Assembly (NCBI GenBank): GCA_963976765.1
Contig: CAXBME010000011.1
Coordinates: forward strand, 62,001 to 126,000
Direction: 5' to 3'
DNA length: 64,000 nucleotides
Source: an uncultured Planctomycetaceae bacterium
GTDB taxonomy: Bacteria; Planctomycetota; Planctomycetia; Planctomycetales; Planctomycetaceae
Shown: positions 40,047-49,081 of the stretch, one piece after another
How the letters are laid out: each line of letters begins with the position of its first letter
Position numbering within the stretch: position 1 is the stretch's first letter
The notes under the pieces: model-generated
Seen by the model: only the letters and a program-made list of their open reading frames with translations
What the model was told of the DNA's origin: nothing
The model's database searches: none
Program-made: the position numbers and the translations under genes

Positions 40047-42176
40047 TTAGCCCCATTCGCTCATGTCGTCGAAGTCGGCGGCCAGGTACTGCCGAAGTTC
40101 CTTCAGGACGCCGCGGCAGCGAGTCCTGAAGACGTCTACCTTGCGGACTCGCCCATTCGGCTTGATGCGAACGTGAATCTCGACGAGCTTGTTGGCGCCT
40201 CGTTGGGTCGTTGTTCGGCTGTCCCCGATTTCAAGCAGAACTGCAACAGGCTGTTTATCGGGTGTTTTGCCCCAGCCAGCCAGCAGCCCCCTCGTACCAA
40301 TTCGAATTTCGACGGACTTAGCCGTCACTTTTCCGAGCGTTGCGCCGCTGCCGTCGACGAAGGCTTTCAGCTTGTAGACGATCATGTCTGCGGCCATGCA
40401 GGCCTTCAGGGTTACGTTGCAGATAAACTGGTCAGGCATCGCCAGCGACGGCTTCACCATCTGCGGATCGTGCTGTCGAAGCGTTTCGGAAGTGATTCTG
40501 CTGGTGCGGTTTCGTCCCTGCCGTTTTGATACGTACAGCGCTTTGTCTGCCCGCTGCAATACGTCATCTGCCTCGTCATTCGGTTCCAGCTGGGAAACCC
40601 CAAATGAAGCCGTGACCTTGAACTCGTCAGTCTTCACGACAGTTGCATTTTCAAGTGCCGCCCTCAGACGTTCAGCCTTGTGGTACGCGTCGTCGAGTGG
40701 CGTCTCGGGGCACAGCACGACAAATTCTTCCCCGCCGTATCGGGCAACAAGTTCACCGGAATACATCTCGTGCTGAAGCAATCTTGCAACGCTGATCAGC
40801 ACTTCATCGCCCGCCGCATGCCCGTAGGTGTCGTTGCACTTTTTGAAGTGATCGACGTCAAGAAAAATGATGCTGAACGGTGTTTCAACATCGCCATCTT
40901 TGCACTTCGTGAATTCCAGATCGAGTCGCTTCTTCAGCTCGCCTCGGTTTGCCACATGAGTCAGCGCGTCACGACTGGCCATCAAGCGGAGGTCACGATA
41001 GTGCCCTTTTTCGCGACCGCCGGAAGCGTCGCGGAAAATTTCAGCAACACCCTGCAACTGCCCGGCCGCATCGATCAGCGGCAATGTCTGAACTTCGACC
41101 GACAACCAGTTACCGTCAACTCGACGAATCTGAAGTTCGGACGACTGCGTTCGACCAGTTTCTATGGCCAGTCGAATCGGACATTCATTGATCCCCAGTT
41201 CCTGCCCCGACTGTTTTCGATACTGGATATGCCCGCCAAGTCCCGGCTGACCAATGATCTGGTCGTGCTGAATTCCAATCAGCTCCTCGCAACCGTGATT
41301 CCAGACCTGCACTCGTCCGTCGGTCGACGCGATGTAGAAGCCGTGGTACAGACTTTCCAGCAGGTACAGGTACGAAAACACGTGGCTCAAGGAACCAGCT
41401 TCAATGATCTCAGCAGGGGAAAGCTGGTACTGATCGTGTCTTGACTGCTGAAGCTCGGCCGGGATCTGCTCGAATTCAAACCAGCGTTTCATTGCAGAGA
41501 TCATATTCCCGTCATACTGCGACCCGGCTCCTCTTTGCAGAACATCCATTGCTTCATCGTGCGACAACGATTCCCGGAACACCTGCGAAGTCACCAGAGA
41601 ATCGTACGCATCAGCAACGGAAAGAATCCTCGCTCCCTGATGAACGTCCGAGCCGATCACCGAAAAGTCATGAGTCGCTCCGTTAAAGTGATATTGCGAC
41701 TGCGTGACGATCTGGATGACGTTCGAGTCCGCTCCGCAAGCCTGCAGAACATCACCGGCTAATCGATAGAGAAGCCCCATCAGCTCGGCTTCGTCCGGGG
41801 CAAGCCGACCTGGCTTGTGCAGAATAATGTCCGGGATGCCAACCTTGCCTATATCGTGCAGCAGGCACGCTGCTTCCAGAACCTGCAGGTCACGACCTTC
41901 CCAGCCAAGCTGACCCGCAACTCCGACGGCCAGTGCAGCAACTCGACGAGAATGATGAACGATACCCGGGTCGCGATACTGAAGTGCCAGCATCAGACTG
42001 CGCATCGCCGTGCGCAGGATCACCGTATCGAAGCCGCCGGTCCGAGTACGATCGCCACCAAGCTGCATCAGCTCCAGAAGAAGCCGCGACGAATTCATCG
42101 GATGTGTCGCCTGTACCGGATAAACCGGCCCGCGAGGCGATTGACCAGACTGAATCTGAGACTGTTCGATCTGCAT
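40047..42176 (-). CDS. Diguanylate cyclase: degenerate HD-GYP + PAS + GGDEF + C-terminal extension
   Basis: HSRRVA, LHDIGK, ARILSVADAYD; PAS WNHGCEELIG; DALT, DVDHFK.CNDTYGH..GD, RYGGEEF, RADKALY.SK..GRN. Confidence 0.92.
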   Translation of the reverse strand: MQIEQSQIQSGQSPRGPVYPVQATHPMNSSRLLLELMQLGGDRTRTGGFDTVILRTAMRSLMLALQYRDPGIVHHSRRVAALAVGVAGQLGWEGRDLQVLEAACLLHDIGKVGIPDIILHKPGRLAPDEAELMGLLYRLAGDVLQACGADSNVIQIVTQSQYHFNGATHDFSVIGSDVHQGARILSVADAYDSLVTSQVFRESLSHDEAMDVLQRGAGSQYDGNMISAMKRWFEFEQIPAELQQSRHDQYQLSPAEIIEAGSLSHVFSYLYLLESLYHGFYIASTDGRVQVWNHGCEELIGIQHDQIIGQPGLGGHIQYRKQSGQELGINECPIRLAIETGRTQSSELQIRRVDGNWLSVEVQTLPLIDAAGQLQGVAEIFRDASGGREKGHYRDLRLMASRDALTHVANRGELKKRLDLEFTKCKDGDVETPFSIIFLDVDHFKKCNDTYGHAAGDEVLISVARLLQHEMYSGELVARYGGEEFVVLCPETPLDDAYHKAERLRAALENATVVKTDEFKVTASFGVSQLEPNDEADDVLQRADKALYVSKRQGRNRTSRITSETLRQHDPQMVKPSLAMPDQFICNVTLKACMAADMIVYKLKAFVDGSGATLGKVTAKSVEIRIGTRGLLAGWGKTPDKQPVAVLLEIGDSRTTTQRGANKLVEIHVRIKPNGRVRKVDVFRTRCRGVLKELRQYLAADFDDMSEWG

Positions 42177-42469
42177 TAATCAGTTCCTTCGTTGTCTGTC
42201 TCGCGTGCCGTTATCGGGGCTGCGCGCATTCCCGGCACAACTCAACACTGACAACCTAGGTCGATGCGGCAACGAGTCAAATCGTGCCGCCACATTCGAC
42301 CTTCCCGCCATCATCCCTCGACCTGTCGAATTGATTTATTGTTCATAAGACTCACAACCCGACGTCGTATCGTTGTCGCGACAGCCCTCACGAAGACCAC
42401 TGAGTACGTTGACAGCCGCCGCCCGAGCAGATTGAATCGCCACGTCAACACTCCTATGAGACTCGCACC

Positions 42470-43570
42470 ATGCTGAAAATCCTCGAAGCACTCAGGCACG
42501 CGGTATCGAACGGCCAGTCGGTCGCCTACACGGCTCTTGTGGAAACTCGCGGTTCCACGCCGCAGAAAGCTGGTGCAGTCATGCTGGTTTTCCCGGACGG
42601 GTCGCAGGCCGGAACGCTCGGCGGAGGCTGTGTCGAAGCCGAAGTCAAACGCCGGGCACTCCGACTGCTCGACGAAGGCGACGCCGAGTTGATGATGTTT
42701 CAACTGGACAGTGACTATGGCTGGGACGACGGCCTGATCTGCGGCGGTCGTATGCAGATGCTTGTCGACCCTGTCCGCCCCGGCGACGACCTGAGTTACT
42801 TCGACCAGTACCTCAGTGTTCTGCGGGATGGTCGAGGCTGCACGGAAGCTGTCGTCATTGACACCGAAAAGTCCAACGGCGGCGTCATCGCCAGCCGCTA
42901 CCTGATTGACGAAAACGGCAAGATCGCGTGCCAGCGATCGGCCAGTTCCCCGCCTGAAGCGCTCCGCGCCGGTTTAAGAACGGTTCTTGATCGACCTCGC
43001 CCGTACGTCGACAACGGCATCTCTTACCTGCCACAACTCGAACGGTGTCGGTTGCTGATTGTCGGCGCCGGACATGTCGGACAGAAAGTCGCCGACTACG
43101 CCGCCGATGTCGACTTCGACGTCTGGGTTGTCGACGACCGGGAACAATACTGTAACCCGGATCGCTTTCCGCGAGCCGACCGCCTGATCGTCGGTCCGAT
43201 TGATAGCTCGCTCAGCGGCCTGGACATTGATGCCAACACGATGTGCATCATCGTGACGCGAGGGCACAACCATGACGAAGAAGCACTGTATCACCTCGCC
43301 GAAACGAAGGCTCGGTACGTTGGCATGATCGGCAGCCGCCGCAAGATTCGACTGATCTTTGAAGACCTGCTGCGGGAAGGAATTTCGCGAACATCTCTCG
43401 AAGCCGTCCATGCTCCTTTGGGCTTCGACATTGGCTCGCAGACCGTTCCGGAAATCGCCGTCAGCATCGTCGCTGAACTGATCGCCTACCGAAATCTGGG
43501 CTCCATCCCCGAACGACCGCGACCAGCTTCGATCCTTGCCGAAATCGATACCAAACCGATCAGCCAGTAG
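42470..43570 (+). CDS. xdhC: XdhC/CoxI family molybdenum cofactor maturation factor
   Basis: RGSTPQKAGA, GTLGGGCVE, GLICGG, GAGHVG, TRGHNHD, YVGMIGSRRK, APLGFDIG..T.PEIAVSI.AE. Confidence 0.92.
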   Translation: MLKILEALRHAVSNGQSVAYTALVETRGSTPQKAGAVMLVFPDGSQAGTLGGGCVEAEVKRRALRLLDEGDAELMMFQLDSDYGWDDGLICGGRMQMLVDPVRPGDDLSYFDQYLSVLRDGRGCTEAVVIDTEKSNGGVIASRYLIDENGKIACQRSASSPPEALRAGLRTVLDRPRPYVDNGISYLPQLERCRLLIVGAGHVGQKVADYAADVDFDVWVVDDREQYCNPDRFPRADRLIVGPIDSSLSGLDIDANTMCIIVTRGHNHDEEALYHLAETKARYVGMIGSRRKIRLIFEDLLREGISRTSLEAVHAPLGFDIGSQTVPEIAVSIVAELIAYRNLGSIPERPRPASILAEIDTKPISQ

Positions 43571-43662
43571 GGTGCGTTTTCTGCAGACTGGAATGAGCAC
43601 AGCCTGTTCGCTCGCATTTGACGAATGCACAGTCGCTCCGTGTTTCATGTCGGCTGCTCGGA

Positions 43663-44328
43663 CTACTGATTAACCTCTTTCAGCAACTCGTTGACCGTGT
43701 TCGAGTACTCCTCAATCTTCTGCATGTTCTGTTGAAGCTGAGGCGGAATTCTGACGTCGCCTTGCGGCCTGGCTCCACCTGGTGCAGCCGCTTCCGGAAT
43801 GTCACCCAGCGGCATCTCTCCGGCAGGCTGATTGAGCAGCTCTCCAAGTGAGCCGATCATGCTCATCGAATAAAGCAGCCCGCCCGCCGTCACAACGACG
43901 CTGAGCACCGTTGCCAGGCCAAGCCCCCACATCACCCACCGAACGAGTTTCATCGTGCGGCTGATATCTTCGAGATGTTCCAGAATCCGGTCGATACGTT
44001 CCGACAACTCGTCAATTGTCGTGCTGTTGCTTGCGACGCCGGTCGATGTTTCGCGTCCGGCACCTGACGACACATCCTGCGAGGACATTGCGATATTCTG
44101 AGCCACCACTCCAAACCTCAACGAACTGGTCGGCTGCGGTACCGCCTCCTGGAAATGCAGATCGTCGTCGGCAGCGACGTCCTCAGCCGGTAGACCGGCG
44201 CTCGCAGGTCTTCCCTTCTCAGAACATTCCGGGCAAAGGCGAGGCCTGGGCCTTGACCTGGGAATCCGAAACGTCCGAGAGCATTCAGGGCATGACCAGG
44301 CAACCCGCGACTGATCTGAGGAACTCAT
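43663..44328 (-). CDS. Hypothetical membrane protein with N-terminal zinc ribbon
   Basis: CPEC...CPEC, low-complexity linker, coiled coil, one TM segment. Start set at MSSSDQ (ATG 44328). Confidence 0.65.
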   Translation of the reverse strand: MSSSDQSRVAWSCPECSRTFRIPRSRPRPRLCPECSEKGRPASAGLPAEDVAADDDLHFQEAVPQPTSSLRFGVVAQNIAMSSQDVSSGAGRETSTGVASNSTTIDELSERIDRILEHLEDISRTMKLVRWVMWGLGLATVLSVVVTAGGLLYSMSMIGSLGELLNQPAGEMPLGDIPEAAAPGGARPQGDVRIPPQLQQNMQKIEEYSNTVNELLKEVNQ

Positions 44329-44472
44329 CACTTCCCCCTGCTCTACCTGACGGCAAACAATGGAAAACTCCGCGCCATCCGCCATTGCCCTGTAAAACCA
44401 AAGAGGCTCAACACCGTGGTGACACGTATGCCGGGCTTCTTTGGGAGAATTCATCTGGTGGCAAGAAGACAA

Positions 44473-46404
44473 CTATTCCCGAACAATGCGATAGATACCT
44501 TTGCCGTTGCGGTTTGGTGTTGTGACGAAGGCTTCGCCCTGTTCGTCCTCGCCGAAGGCCAGCACGTTGAGGCCGTTCCAGGGAATGGCCACATTGCGGA
44601 TGACCTTGCCGGAATCTTCGTCGTAGTGCAAAGCCCACACTTTACCGGACACATAATCTCCGTAGAGATAGTGCCCCGCGAGTTCCGGAAGCTTCGAGCC
44701 TCGATAAACCAGACCACCAGTGATGGATTTGCCGATCCGGTGGTCGTATTCCCACACCGGATCGATACTGACGGCGTCGACTGATGCTTCGTTATTTCCA
44801 AAAGCGAACGATCCTTCCCGGGCACTCCAACCGTAATTTCCGCCCTTCTTAATGATGTTGATTTCTTCCCACAAATCCTGCCCAACATCCGCCAGCCAGA
44901 GCGATCCGGTCTTTGAGTCAAAAGAAACCCGCCAGGGATTGCGAATTCCGTAGGCATAAATTTCTCCGGGAACATTCTTCTGCCCCACGAACGGATTGTC
45001 TTTCGGAATCGCATAGCTCTTTCCGTCCGACTTGTGGTCGACATCGATCCTCAGGACACACCCCAGAATCGATGAATTATCCTGGGCCGAATATTCCGGA
45101 TCATTGCGACCGCCGCCGTCGCCCATACCGATGTAAAGGTAGCCGTCCGGCCCGAATGCCATCGGTCCGCCGTTGTGATTGGCGAATGGCTGCTGAATGG
45201 TCATCAGAATTTCTTCGCTGTCTTCGTCAGCCCTGTTGGGATCGTCCTTCGACACCGTGAACCGTGACAGGTAAATCTTCCGGTCACCTGATTCGGTATT
45301 GTAATAAACGAAGAATTGCCCGTTGGATTTGTAATTCGGATGAAAGGCGAACCCGAGCACGCCTTCTTCGTCGTCCTTGCTGAACTGGTGAGTTCGCTCT
45401 CGAAGATCAGCGAAGACGGTCGCTTTTCTTGTCGCTGGATCGTTGGGCAGCACATGAATCAACCCACTCTGATCGACGACGAAGACTCGATTCGTGCCGT
45501 CACCAGAGTGTGTCACATGAATCGGTCGTTTCGGCGGATTCGGTTTCCCGTTTTCATTAAACGCCGACCAGTCATCCCACTCGACATTGGGAAAAGCGAC
45601 TTCAGGCTTCAGCTTGAGTGTTCCGTCGATCGGCTCGGGAGCCTCGCCGTTTTCACCGAGTTCGCGGACCCGGATGTTTCGAAACGAAACAAGATTGCCG
45701 TGGTCCTGCAGGCAGATATGCCCTTTGGTGGCCTTTCCGAAGTTTTCGAACTTCGCAAACTTGCTGGCGGCAACTCGTTTGTTCCAGTCGTCGCTGCCTT
45801 TGACAAATTTGAAGTAGCTGACTCCGTTCATACAGACTTCGCCGTCGCGAGCAGTTACTCGAAGATAGAGTTGATTCCACTGCCCGGCTGGCCGAGTGGC
45901 ATCGTCCATTTCGATGCCTTTGTAGCCAACCTGAGCTTCAAACTTCTTCGCCCAGCCTGGCTTTTGCGGCTGATAAAGCTGGTACAGCCAGCCAGCCTTT
46001 TGAGGATCGTGGCCGTCGACGTTGTCCTGAATCTGAATTTCCGGGCCAGACTGCCACGGTCGAGCGTTTTCTTCCGTCACGTGAAACATCAGCCCGCTGT
46101 TGCCGCCCTTTGAGATGCGGTATTCCAGCTGCAATTCGAAATGCTCGAACTGATCGGTTGTGATGATGTCGCCCGCTCCTTTCTCGACGCGAGATAAAAC
46201 ACCGTCTTCAATCTTCCAGCCGTCGCCGACTGTTTCCTTTTTGTAATTCCGCCAGCCGCTGGTGGACTTGCCATCGAAGAGAAGCTTCCACCCCGAACGC
46301 GACTCGGCCTCAGTCAGTTCCTTCTGACCAGCATCGGCTCGCGACACCAATGCAGTAAAGCCGCAAACCGATGCCGCAATCACAGCCGTTTTCAGATACC
46401 GCAT
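44473..46404 (-). CDS. DUF1080 (3-keto-disaccharide hydrolase family) fused to a glucose/sorbosone (PQQ-type) dehydrogenase domain
   Basis: Signal peptide; GWKLLFDGKS..GW, GNSG, EIQI.D, GHICLQDHG..V.FRNI; then NHNGG..AFGPDGYLYI..GDGG, IPKDNPF, YAYGIRNPWR, DVGQD.WEEIN, GNYGW. AAGGA upstream of ATG 46404. Confidence 0.9.
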   Translation of the reverse strand: MRYLKTAVIAASVCGFTALVSRADAGQKELTEAESRSGWKLLFDGKSTSGWRNYKKETVGDGWKIEDGVLSRVEKGAGDIITTDQFEHFELQLEYRISKGGNSGLMFHVTEENARPWQSGPEIQIQDNVDGHDPQKAGWLYQLYQPQKPGWAKKFEAQVGYKGIEMDDATRPAGQWNQLYLRVTARDGEVCMNGVSYFKFVKGSDDWNKRVAASKFAKFENFGKATKGHICLQDHGNLVSFRNIRVRELGENGEAPEPIDGTLKLKPEVAFPNVEWDDWSAFNENGKPNPPKRPIHVTHSGDGTNRVFVVDQSGLIHVLPNDPATRKATVFADLRERTHQFSKDDEEGVLGFAFHPNYKSNGQFFVYYNTESGDRKIYLSRFTVSKDDPNRADEDSEEILMTIQQPFANHNGGPMAFGPDGYLYIGMGDGGGRNDPEYSAQDNSSILGCVLRIDVDHKSDGKSYAIPKDNPFVGQKNVPGEIYAYGIRNPWRVSFDSKTGSLWLADVGQDLWEEINIIKKGGNYGWSAREGSFAFGNNEASVDAVSIDPVWEYDHRIGKSITGGLVYRGSKLPELAGHYLYGDYVSGKVWALHYDEDSGKVIRNVAIPWNGLNVLAFGEDEQGEAFVTTPNRNGKGIYRIVRE

Positions 46405-46643
46405 ATAAAATTCCTTCTTAGATGTGAGGTCAGTCGCCACAAAATCGAAACGAAAGTAACGCAGAGATCGCTGAGGAAGTGCAGAGAAGTTAGAGTCCTC
46501 ATTCCCACCTGTGTCATTTTTTCGACGTCCTCTGCGTTCACAATTTCAGCCTGATTGAATGCTGCTGAAACGAGTGGACAATCTGTGGTCCTTCGAGAAA
46601 AGGAAACAATGACGACAGCAAATCCGCAACGCAACAGGGCCAG

Positions 46644-47525
46644 TCACGCTACCGTCTTCGGAACCTGCTTCGCTCGACCGATCGTTTCCTGAACCGAATC
46701 CGTCACGGCGGTACATAACCGGTCGAGATCGAGGTCGTCTTCATCGTTGCCGAATGGTTCTTCGACATGTTCGGCAACAACTTCCAGGCCGAGCATGAAG
46801 TAGGCAGTCAGCGCGGTCAGCGGCACGGTCCACCATCCGAAGTCAGCTGTGATTCCCCAGGGAAGCGACAAAAGACACACCGCGATGCACTGCCTGACAA
46901 AGACCCGATACGAGCTGGCAATTCTCGTCAGTCGAATGCTTTCGCACTTTCCGGCCAGTTCGTGGAGCCGATGCAGGTCGACGTCGATGACTCTCTGGTC
47001 AGCTCCGTCGATCCAGCCATTGCTCTTCCACTGAAACAAACATTTGTAGAGGCGATCGACCAGAAACACGGGTACGTGCCTGACGGTTTCGTCGTAGCCT
47101 TCGAGTTTTGTCAACGACTCCGAAGTCGCCGCGTTCCGTAAGTGATCTCGCAGTCCCCAGGAAAATGCGACCAGATATCGTCCCGCCGCGTCCAGCTCCT
47201 CTTCTGGCAGGTTGATCATGTGAGCGTACTTCGCGGCCAGAGTTCTGCTGACACTGACGATCTCGCCCCAGACTCTTCGCGCGTCCCACCACCGGCTGTA
47301 CGCAGCGTTCGTCCGAAAGACCAGCAGCCAGCCGAGTACCAGCGTCAGCGCCGCATGAATTTCGGTCGGGATGTTTGCGAACGTTCGAAACTCCGCACAC
47401 CACGGTAACTCGGGCAAGGAACCGTAAACACCAAACGCGAACGCCATCGCCGCGACACGACTCAACGTCCGACTGCTTGTCAGAGGTCTGACGAGACCTC
47501 GTTTGTTCCTGTCATACTCCATCAT
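46644..47525 (-). CDS. Bacterial bestrophin family anion channel (YneE-like)
   Basis: LLVFRTNAAYSRWWDARRVWG and EEPFGNDEDDLDL. Confidence 0.88.
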   Translation of the reverse strand: MMEYDRNKRGLVRPLTSSRTLSRVAAMAFAFGVYGSLPELPWCAEFRTFANIPTEIHAALTLVLGWLLVFRTNAAYSRWWDARRVWGEIVSVSRTLAAKYAHMINLPEEELDAAGRYLVAFSWGLRDHLRNAATSESLTKLEGYDETVRHVPVFLVDRLYKCLFQWKSNGWIDGADQRVIDVDLHRLHELAGKCESIRLTRIASSYRVFVRQCIAVCLLSLPWGITADFGWWTVPLTALTAYFMLGLEVVAEHVEEPFGNDEDDLDLDRLCTAVTDSVQETIGRAKQVPKTVA

Positions 47526-47689
47526 GGTTTCCGGTTCCCCAGACTCGAATTCACATTCAGCATCCGCACGTTATAGGCTCCCGATGACGTGGCTGTCAGT
47601 TGATCGAGCTTGACGCCACACCACAAAGGTTCCGACTTCATCCACCATCGAACTCACGCCAGTCATCTCACGCGTTCCCGCGAACGATC

Positions 47690-47731
47690 TTTGTAAACGT
47701 TCTTTACAAACTCCCGATTGGCCGATAGATT
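47690..47731 (+). promoter_or_regulatory. Sigma70-type promoter of the ROK gene with an overlapping palindromic operator
   Basis: TTTGTAAA-N5-TTTACAAA perfect inverted repeat (47690-47710); TTTACA(47703)-17 nt-TAGATT(47726). Confidence 0.65.
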
Positions 47732-47767
47732 TTTCGGATCGCCCGATCGTTTCCTGCCGGACGTGCC

Positions 47768-49006
47768 ATGCCAGCTTCCTCTCAAACCCGCCCGAGACTG
47801 CTCCGTCAGATGAACGAGCGGTCGGTCATGCGCGTACTGCAACGGCATGGTCCGTGCTCAAGAGCAGACATCACTCGCAAACTGGGAGTCACCGCGCCGA
47901 CTATCTCGAAGGCTGTTTCTTCTTTGCTGCAGGGAAGACTGCTGGAAGAATTTGACTGCAAGCAGGACGGCATTGGACGACCGGCCCGACAACTTCGTCT
48001 CGCGACAGAGACGGCGCAGGTCATCGGCCTGGTCATCGACGCTCGAGAATCCCATGTTGTGTCTGCCGGTTTGGACGGGCGGCTTGACTGTTCCAGCCTG
48101 CGCCGTTTTGACACACCGAAAACCTATCGCGGACTCATCTCGAAAGTCGTTAAGGCTTACGAAGAGCTGACAAACGGTCGCTCGATCGAAACACTCGGTC
48201 TGGGCATCAGCATGCCTGGCCTGATCGACTACCGACAGCAGAAAGGGTTGCTGTCTCCGAACGTGCCGATCACCAACGGACAGTCGCCCGCGTCTGACCT
48301 GACCTCAAAGCTTGGCATTGATTGCGTGATGCTTCAGGAGTCTCATTCACTCTGCCTCGCACAGCATCACTACGGCAATGCTCAAGGTGACCGGTCACAA
48401 GGTCTCGACAACTTCGTGATGCTCGACATCGGCGCCGGACTGGGCATGGGAGTCATGTCGGGCGGTCGAGTTCTGACCGGACACAGCGGACTGGCCGGCG
48501 AACTCGGACATCTGCCTCGCATCCCTGATGGTCGCGCCTGCGGATGTGGAAAGCGAGGCTGTCTGGAAACGGTCGCGTGTGATTCGGCCCTGGCCTGGCT
48601 GGTGTCCCAGCGAATCGGTAAGTCAATCGGGATCGACGAAATCGAGAAGCAGGTTCAGTCTGGAAAACTCGACGTCGAAAGCGAGATTCAGCAGGTTCTG
48701 CCTCATTTGAGTTTCGCAATTTCCACGGTCATCAGCCTCTTTAATCCGTCGAAGATTTTCATCTGTGGCCGCATGTTCGATCTTTCAGACCGACTGTTCG
48801 ACAGACTGATCGCCGAAACGGCGGCCGGAACGCTGACACCCGCCTTTGCTGATTGCGAAACTGTTCGGGCCAACGTCAGCAAGAGTCAGGGAGCCGTTGC
48901 AGGAATCATCGAATACCTGACGGACTCACTGGTTCCGGGAGTCGACGGACTGTTCGCTTCTCGGGCAGAATTATCGTCAGTGCCAGACAAGTCAGCGAGA
49001 ATGTAA
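47768..49006 (+). CDS. ROK family transcriptional repressor (NagC/XylR-like)
   Basis: N-terminal wHTH (SRADITRKLGVTAPTISKAV, GRP), GISMPGLID, GLAGELGH, Zn motif CGCGKRGCLE. Confidence 0.93.
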   Translation: MPASSQTRPRLLRQMNERSVMRVLQRHGPCSRADITRKLGVTAPTISKAVSSLLQGRLLEEFDCKQDGIGRPARQLRLATETAQVIGLVIDARESHVVSAGLDGRLDCSSLRRFDTPKTYRGLISKVVKAYEELTNGRSIETLGLGISMPGLIDYRQQKGLLSPNVPITNGQSPASDLTSKLGIDCVMLQESHSLCLAQHHYGNAQGDRSQGLDNFVMLDIGAGLGMGVMSGGRVLTGHSGLAGELGHLPRIPDGRACGCGKRGCLETVACDSALAWLVSQRIGKSIGIDEIEKQVQSGKLDVESEIQQVLPHLSFAISTVISLFNPSKIFICGRMFDLSDRLFDRLIAETAAGTLTPAFADCETVRANVSKSQGAVAGIIEYLTDSLVPGVDGLFASRAELSSVPDKSARM

Positions 49007-49081
49007 AACGCAACGAACCAGGCAAGAATACCTGCCACAAGAATTCCAACTCAGCGAAGTCAGCTCACCACTCAAGAAGCC

